In this document: positions 1-9,268 of the stretch, in pieces
Numbering within the stretch: the first letter of the stretch is position 1
Layout of the letters: every line of letters begins with the position of its first letter
Source of the DNA: Candidatus Bathyarchaeota archaeon
Lineage (GTDB): Archaea > Thermoproteota > Bathyarchaeia > TCS64
Assembly (NCBI GenBank): GCA_963771885.1
Contig: CAVYVF010000022.1
Location: 64,001-128,000, forward strand
DNA length: 64,000 nucleotides
Direction of reading: 5' to 3'
Made by a program: the position numbers and the translations under genes
The notes under the pieces: model-generated
Database searches by the model: none
What the model was told of the DNA's origin: nothing
Seen by the model: only the letters and a program-made list of their open reading frames with translations

Positions 1-167
1 CTAATGTCGTCGTAGTCGTCGCCGACCATCGTGACGCGGCGCAGCTCGGCGCCGATCTCGGTGAGGCGCTTTGCGAGCCAGTTGCTGTTCGTGTCGAGGA
101 TCCTGCCGTAGATGAGTTCATCTCCAGTGGCGATGATCTCGATCCGTGGGCTTCCCTTGTGCTTCAC
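1..167 (-). CDS. CinA-like/molybdopterin-binding domain protein, N-terminus (runs off the window edge)
   Basis: Manual translation from GTG at 167: MKHKGSPRIEIIATGDELIYGRILDTNSNWLAKRLTEIGAELRRVTMVGDD, matching the CinA/MoeA GDEL..G...DTN motif. Confidence 0.8.
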   Translation of the reverse strand, partial: MKHKGSPRIEIIATGDELIYGRILDTNSNWLAKRLTEIGAELRRVTMVGDDYDDI

Positions 168-230
168 AGCGGATGTGGGTGTCGCGCCGGCTTATATGGT
201 CTACCTTGCGAGGCTGATTCTGCCTATTTC

Positions 231-1168
231 ATGGGAAAAACTAAATCCCCACGTGTAGATCAGGTTGCGTGGTTCTCAGGCTCGAACGCTATGTGGCGCT
301 ACCCCAGCACCAGTCTGGTGGTTTCGATCATGCCGACATCTACCCGGCGAACGGCTACGTATACGTCGCCCACCCAGCCATGGGCACGGTCGAGGTTGAT
401 AGACGGGGTACGCGGACAGCTTGGTGAAGTCGATCGGGGGCTGCCCCGAGGCGAGCGGAGTCGCCTGCGCGCAGGCTGACGGACTCGTCTTCGCCGCCTC
501 ACGTGGCTCTGGCAAGATACTCGTCATACACGCCGCCAAGGGGACGGTGACGAAGACGATTCAGGCAGGCACGAAGCCAAACGGCCTTGCCTGGGACGAT
601 GACCATGGTATCCTGCTCGTCGCCGACATCGGGGAGCAAAACGCGAGGTTCGTCGACCCCGAGAAAGGCGTCCTCAAGTCGGTGAAGCTGCCGGGGAGGC
701 CGAGATGGTGTAGGTACTCCACTTTCCTCGACAAGTTCGTCATACTCATTCGGGAGCCGGCGGGGTACGTCACGCTCAACCCGAGGAACGGCGAGCTGTC
801 GAGTCTCGTGCCGGTGAAGGCGCAGGGGCCGCACGGCGTCGATCTTAGCGCCGATGGACGTGAGGCATACATCGCCTGCGACTCCGGCGTCGTCGTCGCC
901 ATGGACTTGGAGAAGGGCTCGGAGACATGCAGGGCGAAGATACCCGGCGAGCCCGACGTGAGTCTGGCTCAACCCAAGGAGAAAGTTTCTCTACTGCGCC
1001 CTAGCCAAGCCAGGGCTCGTCGCCACCCTCGACCTCGTAGAGATGAAGGTTGTTCAGGAGATGAAGGCGGAGGAGGGCGCGGGTACGCTCGCCTTCGACT
1101 CGTCACGCCAGAGGCTCTATAGCTTCCTGCCGAAGAGCTGCCGAGTTGCCATATACGTCGAGTCCTAG
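231..1168 (+). CDS. YVTN/YncE-like beta-propeller protein (several frameshifts, probably sequencing errors)
   Basis: GGFDHADIY..GYVYVAH in one frame, ORF 421-1122 with PNGLAWD and PHGVDLS blades, and a third frame after ~961 (VWLNP...LYSFLP...VES*) ending TAG 1166-1168. Confidence 0.65.
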
Positions 1169-2055
1169 TCGGGTAGCTTAGACTCGTGCGCCCACCGCAG
1201 GTTGAACATGTCGGCGAGGCCCCTGACTACGCTGGGGTGGGAGGTTATCGCAGCCTCTCGGAGGTGGTATGGTACGCCGACCTCCTCAACGAGGAACATC
1301 GCCCGCCCACCCGCCGAGGCGTCTGCTATGCAGCCCCTTATGATGACGTCGTCAGTCACTCGTGCCTCGACTTTGCTCCCTAAGACCGCGATGGACTTCA
1401 GTGAGGTGTCTCGCTTCGCAGCGTCGGAGGGCTTGAGCGTACTCCGTGACCTGAGGAGAATGCGTACATTGACGCCGCGCCTCACAGCGGCCTCTAGGTC
1501 GTCGGCGACCTGAGGGTAGTACTCAATGGCGCGCGTGAGGATGAGTAGCTCGGTCTTCGCCTCCCTGTAGAGCTTGCGCGTCTCCTCAATGGAGACGTCG
1601 CCTACGCCAACGACCCTGAAGAGAGGCGTCCTGACCTTGGCCTGGCTGCCCTTCATGTAGACGGCGTCGGCGGCGCCCTCGAACTGGCCCTTGACGGATT
1701 CTATCGCCGCCATGCGCTTCTGTATCTCGTCTCGGGCGTCTGCGGCTAGTGCCTGCGATATCTCGGTTGGGGACATAGGTGCGTATAGGAGTGGGCGCCC
1801 AGGGCGTATGATCACAAGCCCCTTCTGCGCCAGCTCCTCGAGGACGCCGTAGATGCGGGCGTTCGGCACCCCGCTCACCCTGCTCAGGTCTGTCGCCTTC
1901 GTCTCGCCTAGGTAGAGGAGGTTGGCAAGGGCTGAGGACTGGTACTCGTTGAGCCCCATACTAGTGAGGAGGAAGCGGAGCTGGCCGATCTGGGACTGTA
2001 CCATGTACACCTGCGTGTCTCGTAACTGCTGGGGGCTAAAACAGTTGCTAACCAA
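1165..2055 (-). CDS. TrmB family transcriptional regulator (likely start ~2004)
   Basis: GLNEYQS..L..L...GE.KATDLSRVSGVPNARIYGVLEELAQKGLV is the TrmB HTH; PLD-like effector domain follows. Confidence 0.9.
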   Translation of the reverse strand: MVSNCFSPQQLRDTQVYMVQSQIGQLRFLLTSMGLNEYQSSALANLLYLGETKATDLSRVSGVPNARIYGVLEELAQKGLVIIRPGRPLLYAPMSPTEISQALAADARDEIQKRMAAIESVKGQFEGAADAVYMKGSQAKVRTPLFRVVGVGDVSIEETRKLYREAKTELLILTRAIEYYPQVADDLEAAVRRGVNVRILLRSRSTLKPSDAAKRDTSLKSIAVLGSKVEARVTDDVIIRGCIADASAGGRAMFLVEEVGVPYHLREAAITSHPSVVRGLADMFNLRWAHESKLPD

Positions 2056-2111
2056 GGGTAAAAACGTGGACTATTTTTATATGGTGCCGTCAGTGAGTAA
2101 CCCAGATCAAC

Positions 2112-2588
2112 ATGAGCATCGACGGATGGACGGTCGAGAAGGCACTCAAGGTCGGCGTCACGATGGAGACGGGCGCCTACAACCTCTACACGAGTACCGC
2201 GAAGAAAGTGAAGGACCCCGGCTCCAAGAAGCTCCTCACTGAGATCGCCGCGGACGAGAAGAAGCACAGGGAGTACTTCGAGGCCGCACTCAAGGACCCC
2301 AAGAAGGTGATGAACGAGGCGAAGGCGGGCGACGTGAAGAAGGTGATGGACCTGAAGGTTTCAGACCCTCTCAAGGAGTCGCCTCTAAGCGAGGACGCCA
2401 CATACCAGGATACACTCATCTTCGCCGCGAAGAGCGAGCAGACCGCCGTCGATTTCTACACGGCACTCAGCAAGGCCTACTCCGCCCACCCTCTCGGCAA
2501 GATGTGGTCCGACTTCGCGAGGATGGAGCAGGGCCACAAGCTCAAGCTCGAGAAGGAGTACGACGACGTCGTACTCAAAGACAACTGA
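2112..2588 (+). CDS. Ferritin-like/rubrerythrin family protein
   Basis: Two E..A...Y / E..H motifs (DEKKH, MEQGHK). Confidence 0.85.
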   Translation: MSIDGWTVEKALKVGVTMETGAYNLYTSTAKKVKDPGSKKLLTEIAADEKKHREYFEAALKDPKKVMNEAKAGDVKKVMDLKVSDPLKESPLSEDATYQDTLIFAAKSEQTAVDFYTALSKAYSAHPLGKMWSDFARMEQGHKLKLEKEYDDVVLKDN

Positions 2589-2639
2589 CCATAATTTATA
2601 ACCGGCTTTTCTCCCCTATCTGGGGAGCGGTTGACAGCT

Positions 2640-3165
2640 ATGCCCAGCCTATACTCATTCACGGCGTACTCCCCCGAGTGGCCGATTGAGTTCGAGAGGG
2701 AGGCGACTCGACTCCGATCTATCCTCGGCGACGAGATTGTGGAGATTCACCATATAGGCAGCACCTCCGTGCCCGGGCTGGATGCGAAACCGATCATAGA
2801 CATGCTTCCGCTCGTCCATAACATCGAACGGATCGATGGCTACTCGGATCGTATGATTGCCGCCGGTTACAGGGTCTGGGGTGAATACGGCTTACCGGGG
2901 AGGAGGTTCTTCACACGTGACTCCAATGGTTTCCGCACCCACAACATACACGTCTACGCCTAGGGCGACCCTGAGGCTCTGCGCCACATCGCGTTCTGCG
3001 CCTATCTACGTGAACACCCCGACGCCCAGCAGGGAGTACGTCATCGTGAAGCGTGCAGCTTACACTCGATACCCGGCGGACATCGACGCCTATAATGATG
3101 CTAAAGATGACTACATCAAGCGCATCGAAAAAGTGGCGCTCGCCTGGTATCAAAAAAGGGGTTAG
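2640..3165 (+). pseudogene. GrpB family nucleotidyltransferase-like protein, interrupted by in-frame TAG (2961-2963) and a frameshift near 3026
   Basis: HHIGSTSVPGLDAKPIID, GEYGLPGRRFF, HNIHV; after the TAG the frame continues GDPEALRHIAFCAYLREHP, and the C-terminal EY..VK....Y..AK segment lies in ORF 2857-3165. Confidence 0.7.
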
Positions 3166-4337
3166 CAGTGGCCGAGCAGGTGTTCTGCTGCCCTGTTTCT
3201 GCAGAAGACTATGTAGTCACGGTAGCCAAGGGCCTCGGCCTTGGTCTTCTTGCCGTTGGCGGTATCGATCACCATCTTGTATATGCGGTCGCCGACGCTG
3301 TTGAGGCTCTCGGAGCCGTCTAGGATGGTTCCGGCGTTGATGTCCATGTTGTCCTCCATCTGCTGGTAGGTGACTGGGTTACCTGTGATCTTGATGACTG
3401 GTGCGATGGCGTGGCCCGTTGTGCTGCCCTGGCCGCTGGTGAAGCAGACGACCTGCGCCCCGGCGGCGACCATGTGGGTGACCGAGGGCACGTCCCAGCC
3501 GGTGCCGTCCTGGAGCCAGAGGCCAGACTTCGTCGGCTGGTCGAAGCGGTCCCAGTTGTTCTGGAGGACGCCTTGTATAGGTCGCGTGCCGCCTTTACGT
3601 ATGGCGCCGAGGCTCTTCTCCTCGATGGTGGTGAGGCCGCCGTCTATGTTTCCGGCGCTCATCCACCTGCTGTCAATGCCACGCGCCTTGAGCCGTGCCT
3701 CGTCCTCGTCGATCATCCGGTAGACGTCGGAGGCGACCTTCTTGTTCACCGCTCTGCGGGCGAGTATGTGCTGGGTGCCGATCATCTCCTGGGGCTCGGA
3801 GAAGATGACGGTACCCCCTTCGTCGATGAGCTTGTCGCAGGCGACGCCTACGGCGGGGTTTGCTGCAAGTCCAGATGTGGCGTCGCTGCCCCCGCACTCG
3901 ATGGCGAGCGTCAACTTCTTCACGGGGAAGGGCTCGGGACGGTACTCGGCTACCTCCTGTGCCCAGCGTTGGAGGATGCGTGTCGCCTTCTCCTGCGTCT
4001 TGAGCGTGCCTCCCTCCTGTTGGAGGACGAGCGTCTCGACGGGCTTGCCGCTCGGCTTGACGCCGTCGGCGACCATGTCGACGGTGAGGGTCTCACATCC
4101 AAGTCCTAGTACAAGGACGGCGGCGACGTTCGGGTTCATCGCAGTACCGACGAGGTTGTTGACTATGACAGGGTCGGCTCCGCAGCCATGGTACTGTGTA
4201 ACGGCTACAGCGCCGTCTACTTGTGCCGCGATCTTCTTCGCGGGCTCGAAGCTACAGTCAATTGGGGCGAGGACGAGCAGGTGATTGCGGACTCCGACGG
4301 ACTTGTCGGGGCGCTGGTAGCCCATGAATTGAGTCAC
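3162..4337 (-). CDS. UxaA/GarD family dehydratase large subunit (altronate dehydratase / SuyB-like)
   Basis: GYQRPDKSVGVRN, LGLGCE, ECGGSDATSG, GNIDGGLTTIEEKSLG motifs. Confidence 0.9.
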   Translation of the reverse strand: MTQFMGYQRPDKSVGVRNHLLVLAPIDCSFEPAKKIAAQVDGAVAVTQYHGCGADPVIVNNLVGTAMNPNVAAVLVLGLGCETLTVDMVADGVKPSGKPVETLVLQQEGGTLKTQEKATRILQRWAQEVAEYRPEPFPVKKLTLAIECGGSDATSGLAANPAVGVACDKLIDEGGTVIFSEPQEMIGTQHILARRAVNKKVASDVYRMIDEDEARLKARGIDSRWMSAGNIDGGLTTIEEKSLGAIRKGGTRPIQGVLQNNWDRFDQPTKSGLWLQDGTGWDVPSVTHMVAAGAQVVCFTSGQGSTTGHAIAPVIKITGNPVTYQQMEDNMDINAGTILDGSESLNSVGDRIYKMVIDTANGKKTKAEALGYRDYIVFCRNRAAEHLLGHC

Positions 4338-4645
4338 AGTATGCCAGCCTCTTTACCGCTTGTTGGCATGCGCGCGCTGCCGACGTTGTGTGTGTTCACC
4401 CATGCCCCTACCTTGATGGGCTGGGTTGTGACGCCGATGACCTCGCCATATTTTATGATATCCTCTCCCTTCTCTATGGGTTTGATTGCGAGTTTGTGTC
4501 CGAAGGGTATGGGTTCAACGACCTTGGGCTTGAGTATCACCCTGCCGTCGGGGCTGATGACTTCAAGAGCCTCGCCGACGTCGACCTCGCTTGTTGTCGT
4601 GGCGACGTTGTCCTTCTCGTCTATTTGGATCGCCTTCTTAACCAT
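4334..4645 (-). CDS. UxaA family SAF-domain small subunit (SuyA-like)
   Basis: DNVAT...IPFGHKLA...I.KGEDIIKYGEVIG....I..G.WV.THN; 4-nt overlap with the large subunit. Confidence 0.9.
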   Translation of the reverse strand: MVKKAIQIDEKDNVATTTSEVDVGEALEVISPDGRVILKPKVVEPIPFGHKLAIKPIEKGEDIIKYGEVIGVTTQPIKVGAWVNTHNVGSARMPTSGKEAGIL

Positions 4646-4743
4646 GCCCTAAGCGGTGTCGCCCGATGATGTAAAACTAGCGAATCGAGGTGGCGCACCT
4701 GCTTCGGTTTGAGAAAAATAAGAGAATCGGATTTTCAGACGGT

Positions 4744-5067
4744 CTAGTGGTTCATATTCTTATCGAGTGCGTCCTTCACGATTTTTGCGGGGATATCGTT
4801 AATGTCAAGGGCATGTGTCTTGTTTTCTGCATCTGTAAGCTCGAGTACGTGATTACCCTTCAGTGTGGCGCCTTTCACGGAACCGTATGGAAGCTCAAGT
4901 AGCTTCAGGTAGGTCTTCTTGAAGAGCCCCTTCTCGGAAACGAACAGTACCTTCTTCGCCGTGAAGGCGATGTATCCAAAGCTTCCCTTGTACGTGCCTT
5001 CGTACTCCTTGTCCATGTGGTCCCCGGATTCGAGGGTCTTTTGAACCTCTTCCTTCCAGTTTGCCAT
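4744..5067 (-). CDS. Hypothetical protein, possible bacterial PH-like fold
   Basis: GYIAFTAKKVLFVSEKGLF...LELPYGSV pattern; host-like codon usage. Confidence 0.6.
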   Translation of the reverse strand: MANWKEEVQKTLESGDHMDKEYEGTYKGSFGYIAFTAKKVLFVSEKGLFKKTYLKLLELPYGSVKGATLKGNHVLELTDAENKTHALDINDIPAKIVKDALDKNMNH

Positions 5068-5200
5068 GATGCTTTACCTCGGGTGTGGAAGAGTGTGGCG
5101 ATCTCAATAAATATTATAGTAATATTGTATATACATATATAGCATTTATATGAATAGAGTATATACGCCATTTCCTGAAGAGACTCTAACGGCGAAAGAG

Positions 5201-5644
5201 TTGTACAGGAAGATAATGGCCGCGATAGACGGATCAGAGCCCTCGAAGCGCGCACTAAACTACGCCATCGAGATAGCTGAGGAGAGAAAATCCGAACTTG
5301 TTATAGTGACGGCAGTCCCCAAAGCACACATCGCCGCCTTCCCAGTGGAGGGATTCAGCCCGCTCTACATGGAGCAGTACGAAGAAGACCTAAACCACAC
5401 ATACTCGCGTATTCTCGCGGAGGCGACGGAGACCGTGAAGAGTAAACACCCGGATCTCAAGGTCAGCAAGCGGCTGCTGGACGGCCGCGTTGGCGACGCC
5501 ATAGTTGATGCCTCGAAGGAGGAAGGGGTAGACCTCATTGTGATGGGGTGCAGAGGGCTTAGTGGCATATCCGGTTTCGTCCTCGGAAGTGTGAGCAGGC
5601 ATGTCGTCGAGAACTGTACAAAGCCGATACTTATCGTGAAGTAA
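5201..5644 (+). CDS. Universal stress protein (UspA family)
   Basis: KIMAAIDGSEPSKRAL; DLIVMGCRGLSG...LGSVS..VV....PILIV. Confidence 0.92.
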   Translation: MYRKIMAAIDGSEPSKRALNYAIEIAEERKSELVIVTAVPKAHIAAFPVEGFSPLYMEQYEEDLNHTYSRILAEATETVKSKHPDLKVSKRLLDGRVGDAIVDASKEEGVDLIVMGCRGLSGISGFVLGSVSRHVVENCTKPILIVK

Positions 5645-6658
5645 CTAGGCTACTTTGTAGGCTCGGTCCAGCGTCGCTTCAGCTATGTCAGAGGAGAACT
5701 CAACGATCTGGACGAGGCCGTCCCGGATCAGAGTTAACCTCTGCGCGTCCACATTATCAGTCTCCGCGATGAGTGCGGTCAGTCTATCAGAGAGGAGCAT
5801 TGCGGATGCCTCGCTGTCTATTATCCTATTGCTCGTATCTTGATCCATCTCCATGAAGGCCTCGACCGAGCCGTTGTAGCTCTCGCAGGCGGCCTCAGCT
5901 AAGTTCATGCAAGCATCGTAGAGGGGCTCGGGGAGCCTCATTCCATCCTCCATCAAGGCGGTCAGGCCTTCGGCGACGTTCACGGCCTTGTCGGCTATGT
6001 GCTCAATCCTGTTCACGATGGTCAGGTAATCCATGCAGTCGACCATATCGACCTGTAAGCTTATGGCGAGTTGGGGGTCGGATGCGGAGCCGCGTAGGAG
6101 GCGAATTATAAAGTAGCGGAACTGGTCGATGTCCTCCTCAAGGGGGAGGACGGATCGGGCGAGGTTTGGGTCCCAGCCGCGTAGGGAGTTAACGACGTTC
6201 TTGCACATTGAGGAGGTGATTATGTGCATCCGTTCAACGGCGTCGGGAACTGAAGCCATCGACTCGTTTATCAGCGCCTGGACTGTAGCGGATGAGGCGG
6301 ATGCCTCGATAATACGCATGTAGAGGGATTTTACTACTCCCCTGATCGCAGTCTGCTGCTCCGCGCTGAAGACCCCGCCGCTGTGCAGGTAAACTGTGTC
6401 GTAACCGTTTAGGTAGCTGCTTATCACCTTGCGCGTTATGGAACCGGGGGTCTCCTTGGCGCCCACATTTATTGTGATGGTAAGGTGTGGAGTGGTCTTC
6501 TCCTCATGACGCCTGATGGTGAGTGACCGGTCCCGTCCTATAGTGAGGGCGACGGCGTCTCCCTTCTTTATCCCCGTCATCTTCAGCCACTCGCGTGGGA
6601 GAGAGACAACAAGGGAGGCCTTTCCGAGGGACATGACCTTGCGGCGTTCCATAGGCAT
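5645..6658 (-). CDS. Archaeal phosphate-uptake regulator, AbrB/SpoVT + PhoU domains
   Basis: ERRKVMSLGKASLVVSLPREW...GIKKGD N-terminus; IEHIAD PhoU repeats. Confidence 0.88.
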   Translation of the reverse strand: MPMERRKVMSLGKASLVVSLPREWLKMTGIKKGDAVALTIGRDRSLTIRRHEEKTTPHLTITINVGAKETPGSITRKVISSYLNGYDTVYLHSGGVFSAEQQTAIRGVVKSLYMRIIEASASSATVQALINESMASVPDAVERMHIITSSMCKNVVNSLRGWDPNLARSVLPLEEDIDQFRYFIIRLLRGSASDPQLAISLQVDMVDCMDYLTIVNRIEHIADKAVNVAEGLTALMEDGMRLPEPLYDACMNLAEAACESYNGSVEAFMEMDQDTSNRIIDSEASAMLLSDRLTALIAETDNVDAQRLTLIRDGLVQIVEFSSDIAEATLDRAYKVA

Positions 6659-6747
6659 CGGTTAAGACTGGGCCGAGCCGCGTATATATTTCTTCGAGAA
6701 GATAAAGGGAAAAAGGGGAAGATATGTACTGAAGTTGACATGGGAAT

Positions 6748-7263
6748 TTAGAGCAACAGCGGGGGCTGATCAAGGGGAACCAGCACCTCACTCGATAGGC
6801 GCCTGATCTCCGCCCTCGCGCCCGCGAAGTCGTGCTCTCTATAGGCACCGCATGTCTCGAGGCGCGCGCCGGGCAGCTCCTTGATCTCCAGCGCTCCGGG
6901 GAGCATCGCAGTCACCACCTCCGTGGCGCGTGATAGTGGCAGAGCACCGACTGGATTCAAAACAGTCAAGTAGTATCCTGTCCTGCAGCCCATGGGCGAG
7001 ACGTCAAGTACCTTGAGGTCACGCTGGTGCTCCTCGAACTCCGCCCTGAGGGCGACGGCGAAGAGATGCTCTAGCGAATGCGTCACCTTTGGCGTCAGGA
7101 GCTCCGTATTAGGCGTACGCAGCCTGAAGTCGAACGTCGAGATCTCGTACTCACTTCCGGGGACTTCGACCCGCTTTGATAGTCTTAGGTAGGGGGCCTT
7201 GATCCTTGTGTGGTCAAGGCTGAATGACTCCAACTGTATCGTTTTGAGTTTTTTAACCTCCAT
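6748..7263 (-). CDS. luxS: S-ribosylhomocysteine lyase (AI-2 synthase)
   Basis: ESFSLDHT..KAPY.R, FDFRL..PN, HSLEH (HxxEH), SPMGCRTG.Y, PGA...CG.Y..H; metal and catalytic residues intact. Confidence 0.95.
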   Translation of the reverse strand: MEVKKLKTIQLESFSLDHTRIKAPYLRLSKRVEVPGSEYEISTFDFRLRTPNTELLTPKVTHSLEHLFAVALRAEFEEHQRDLKVLDVSPMGCRTGYYLTVLNPVGALPLSRATEVVTAMLPGALEIKELPGARLETCGAYREHDFAGARAEIRRLSSEVLVPLDQPPLLL

Positions 7264-7279
7264 TTCTGGGGTAGCTATA

Positions 7280-7341
7280 GGGGATAGTATTCCCTTATTT
7301 ATATTATTTTGACGTGAATAATCCTGAAGGAATACTATTCC
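7280..7341. promoter_or_regulatory. Pair of GG(A/G)ATA-N-TATTCC palindromes flanking the putative luxS TATA region
   Basis: GGGATAgTATTCC at 7281-7293 and perfect GGAATAcTATTCC at 7329-7341, with an AT-rich TATA-like tract at 7295-7310. Confidence 0.5.
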
Positions 7342-7595
7342 ACTACCTCGCGGAGGAACTCTACGCCCTTCTCTGTAAGGTACATCACCTTGCCGTTCCT
7401 GTAAGTGCGGCGTGAGTTAATTATGCCCAGGAGGCGTAGCTGCCTGAGAACACCAGGTGGAATGGTCAGCGTGAGTCGGCGCTTCCCGATCTGGCGTAGG
7501 TCGTCGGCATAGAAGGAGACTAGGTTGCGTGTGCTCATCTCGGTGACCTGCTCCGCGATCTCGGGCGTCATCTCGGTTTGTTGTGTGGTCTCCAT
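7335..7595 (-). CDS. Small protein with a C-terminal winged-helix-like segment
   Basis: LRQLRLLGII...KVMYLTEKGVEFL; GGTGA SD-like element 5 nt before the ATG at 7595. Confidence 0.6.
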   Translation of the reverse strand: METTQQTEMTPEIAEQVTEMSTRNLVSFYADDLRQIGKRRLTLTIPPGVLRQLRLLGIINSRRTYRNGKVMYLTEKGVEFLREVVE

Positions 7596-7600
7596 GTTTG

Positions 7601-7996
7601 TCACCAGGTGAGGTTGAGACTGCATGAGCAGCTTTTGAGGTCGGTGAGGCCGGGCATCGACTCCCTGTGAAGCTGGCAGATTAGACCCTCACTGCGCGCC
7701 GCTGCGCACGCCCTGCAGAGCTTGAGGAGGAGCACATCAAGCGGGCTCTCGCCAGCTGCGATGTCGCGGCTTAGCTCTCCTACGAGCTCCATCACCTTGT
7801 CGCTGCCCTCAAGGAGTGTTGTGGCGGAGCCTCCCCTGGCGCGGCTGAGGTATTGGGTGACGGCGGCGGGAGTGAGGCCCATCTTGGCTGCGGCGTCGCC
7901 TCTCTTCATGCCGTGCTTCTCGACGAGTTCCCGAGTCACCTCGAGGCGCAGGGCAGGGAGGATGTGCTGTACGACGACCATGCACGGGGGCTTCAT
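7601..7996 (-). CDS. Archaeal HTH transcriptional regulator (COG2522-like) with Cys/His-rich tail
   Basis: MKPPC...ILPALR...TRELVEKHGM....AA.KMGLTPAAVTQYLS.ARG; tail CRAC...CQLH...CSC. Confidence 0.82.
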   Translation of the reverse strand: MKPPCMVVVQHILPALRLEVTRELVEKHGMKRGDAAAKMGLTPAAVTQYLSRARGGSATTLLEGSDKVMELVGELSRDIAAGESPLDVLLLKLCRACAAARSEGLICQLHRESMPGLTDLKSCSCSLNLTW

Positions 7997-8007
7997 CGCC
8001 GTACTTG

Positions 8008-8041
8008 TATTTAACGGCGTTAATATATTTAACGGCGTTAA
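8008..8041. promoter_or_regulatory. Tandem operator-like repeat upstream of the HTH regulator
   Basis: TATTTAACGGCGTTAA at 8008-8023 and 8026-8041; each copy holds the perfect palindrome TTAACG-G-CGTTAA. Confidence 0.75.
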
Positions 8042-8058
8042 GTAGGTCGAAAGCGAGG

Positions 8059-9246
8059 CTAGACGTATGAGAGGGCTTCCTCGAAGTCTTCTCTCAGGTC
8101 GGCGAAGTCTTCTATGCCTACGCTGGCGCGGACTAGTGTCTGGGTGATCCCCATCCTCGCCTTCTCCTCCGGCTTTAGGTCGCCGTGGGTTGAGATGAAG
8201 GGGATCGTTGCGATCGTGTCCACGCCGCCGAGGCTCGTCGCCAGCTTCACTAGCTTGAGGTGATCAAACATCCTTGTCACCTCATCTAGGCTGCCTTTGA
8301 CCTCGAAGGCGAGTAGGCCGCCGAAGCCGTGCATTTGCCTCTTCGCTAGGGCGTGTTGGGGGTGGCTGGGGAGGCCGGGGTAGTGGACGCGGCAGATCTT
8401 GGGGTGCGTCTCTAGGTATTGGGAGAGTTGGAGTGCGTTAGAGTTCTGCCTCTCGACGCGGAGCGCCATGGTCTGCATGCCCATTACGAGGAGCCACGCG
8501 GCGAAGGGGTCGAGTGTTTGCCCGTAGAGTCCTCTCATCGACTTTATGGCGCGTATCCTCTCCTTTGTGCCGATGGCGACGCCGCAGACGGCTTGGTGGT
8601 GGCCTGAGAGGGACTTGGTGGCGCTCTCGACGATGACGTCGACTCCGAGGGCGAGGCCGGTCTGGTTCATTGGGGAGGCGAATGTGTTGTCGAGCACTGT
8701 CGTCACGCCGTGTTTTTTGGCTATCCTCGTCCCCTCGGCGATGTCAACGAGGCGGAGAGTAGGATTCGTAGGCGTCTCAAGGTAGAGGAGCTTCGTTTTA
8801 TCGTTGATTAGCCCCTCGACCTCGCTTACGTTGGTTGTGTCGAAGTAGTGCGTCTTTATGCCCATCTTTTCCTCGAGGAGGTGGAAGAAGTGGAATGTCT
8901 CGCCGTAGAGCTCTCTCGGTGCGATTACCTCGTCGCCTCGTGTGACTATGCTCGTGATCGTGGAGGTGATGGCGGCCATTCCGGCGCTGAAGACGGCGGC
9001 GTCCTCACCGCCTTCTATGGCGGCTATCTTTATCTCGGCGACGCGCTGCGTCGGGTTGCCGGTGCTCGTGTAGGTGAAGCCCGTCTTCTTTCTGGCGTAT
9101 CGTGCGACGAGGTCGGGGACGTTCGGCACCGCGTAGGTAGTGGTCTGGTAGATTGGGGGGACTATGGCGCCCCAGGCCGGGTCGGGCTCTGAGCCAATGT
9201 GCACGCACTTTGTCGAGGGTCCTATACTCTCCTTCTTCTCTGTCAT
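8059..9246 (-). CDS. Cys/Met metabolism PLP-dependent enzyme (cystathionine gamma-lyase/synthase or methionine gamma-lyase)
   Basis: PPIYQTTTY, GNPT, ETPTNP, DNTFASP, SATKSLSGH (PLP lysine), SLGG, RASVGIE. Confidence 0.92.
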   Translation of the reverse strand: MTEKKESIGPSTKCVHIGSEPDPAWGAIVPPIYQTTTYAVPNVPDLVARYARKKTGFTYTSTGNPTQRVAEIKIAAIEGGEDAAVFSAGMAAITSTITSIVTRGDEVIAPRELYGETFHFFHLLEEKMGIKTHYFDTTNVSEVEGLINDKTKLLYLETPTNPTLRLVDIAEGTRIAKKHGVTTVLDNTFASPMNQTGLALGVDVIVESATKSLSGHHQAVCGVAIGTKERIRAIKSMRGLYGQTLDPFAAWLLVMGMQTMALRVERQNSNALQLSQYLETHPKICRVHYPGLPSHPQHALAKRQMHGFGGLLAFEVKGSLDEVTRMFDHLKLVKLATSLGGVDTIATIPFISTHGDLKPEEKARMGITQTLVRASVGIEDFADLREDFEEALSYV

Positions 9247-9268
9247 TATATCACGCCTTGATCTCCCG

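Noticed and set aside
2961..2963. Pyrrolysine or amber recoding
   Set aside because: TAG is the normal stop of many genes in the window, no pyl genes are seen, and the same gene also has a frameshift.
5110..5135. AATATTA-tag-TAATATT and TGTATATACA palindromes
   Set aside because: Low-complexity AT sequence in a divergent TATA region, where such palindromes are expected by chance.
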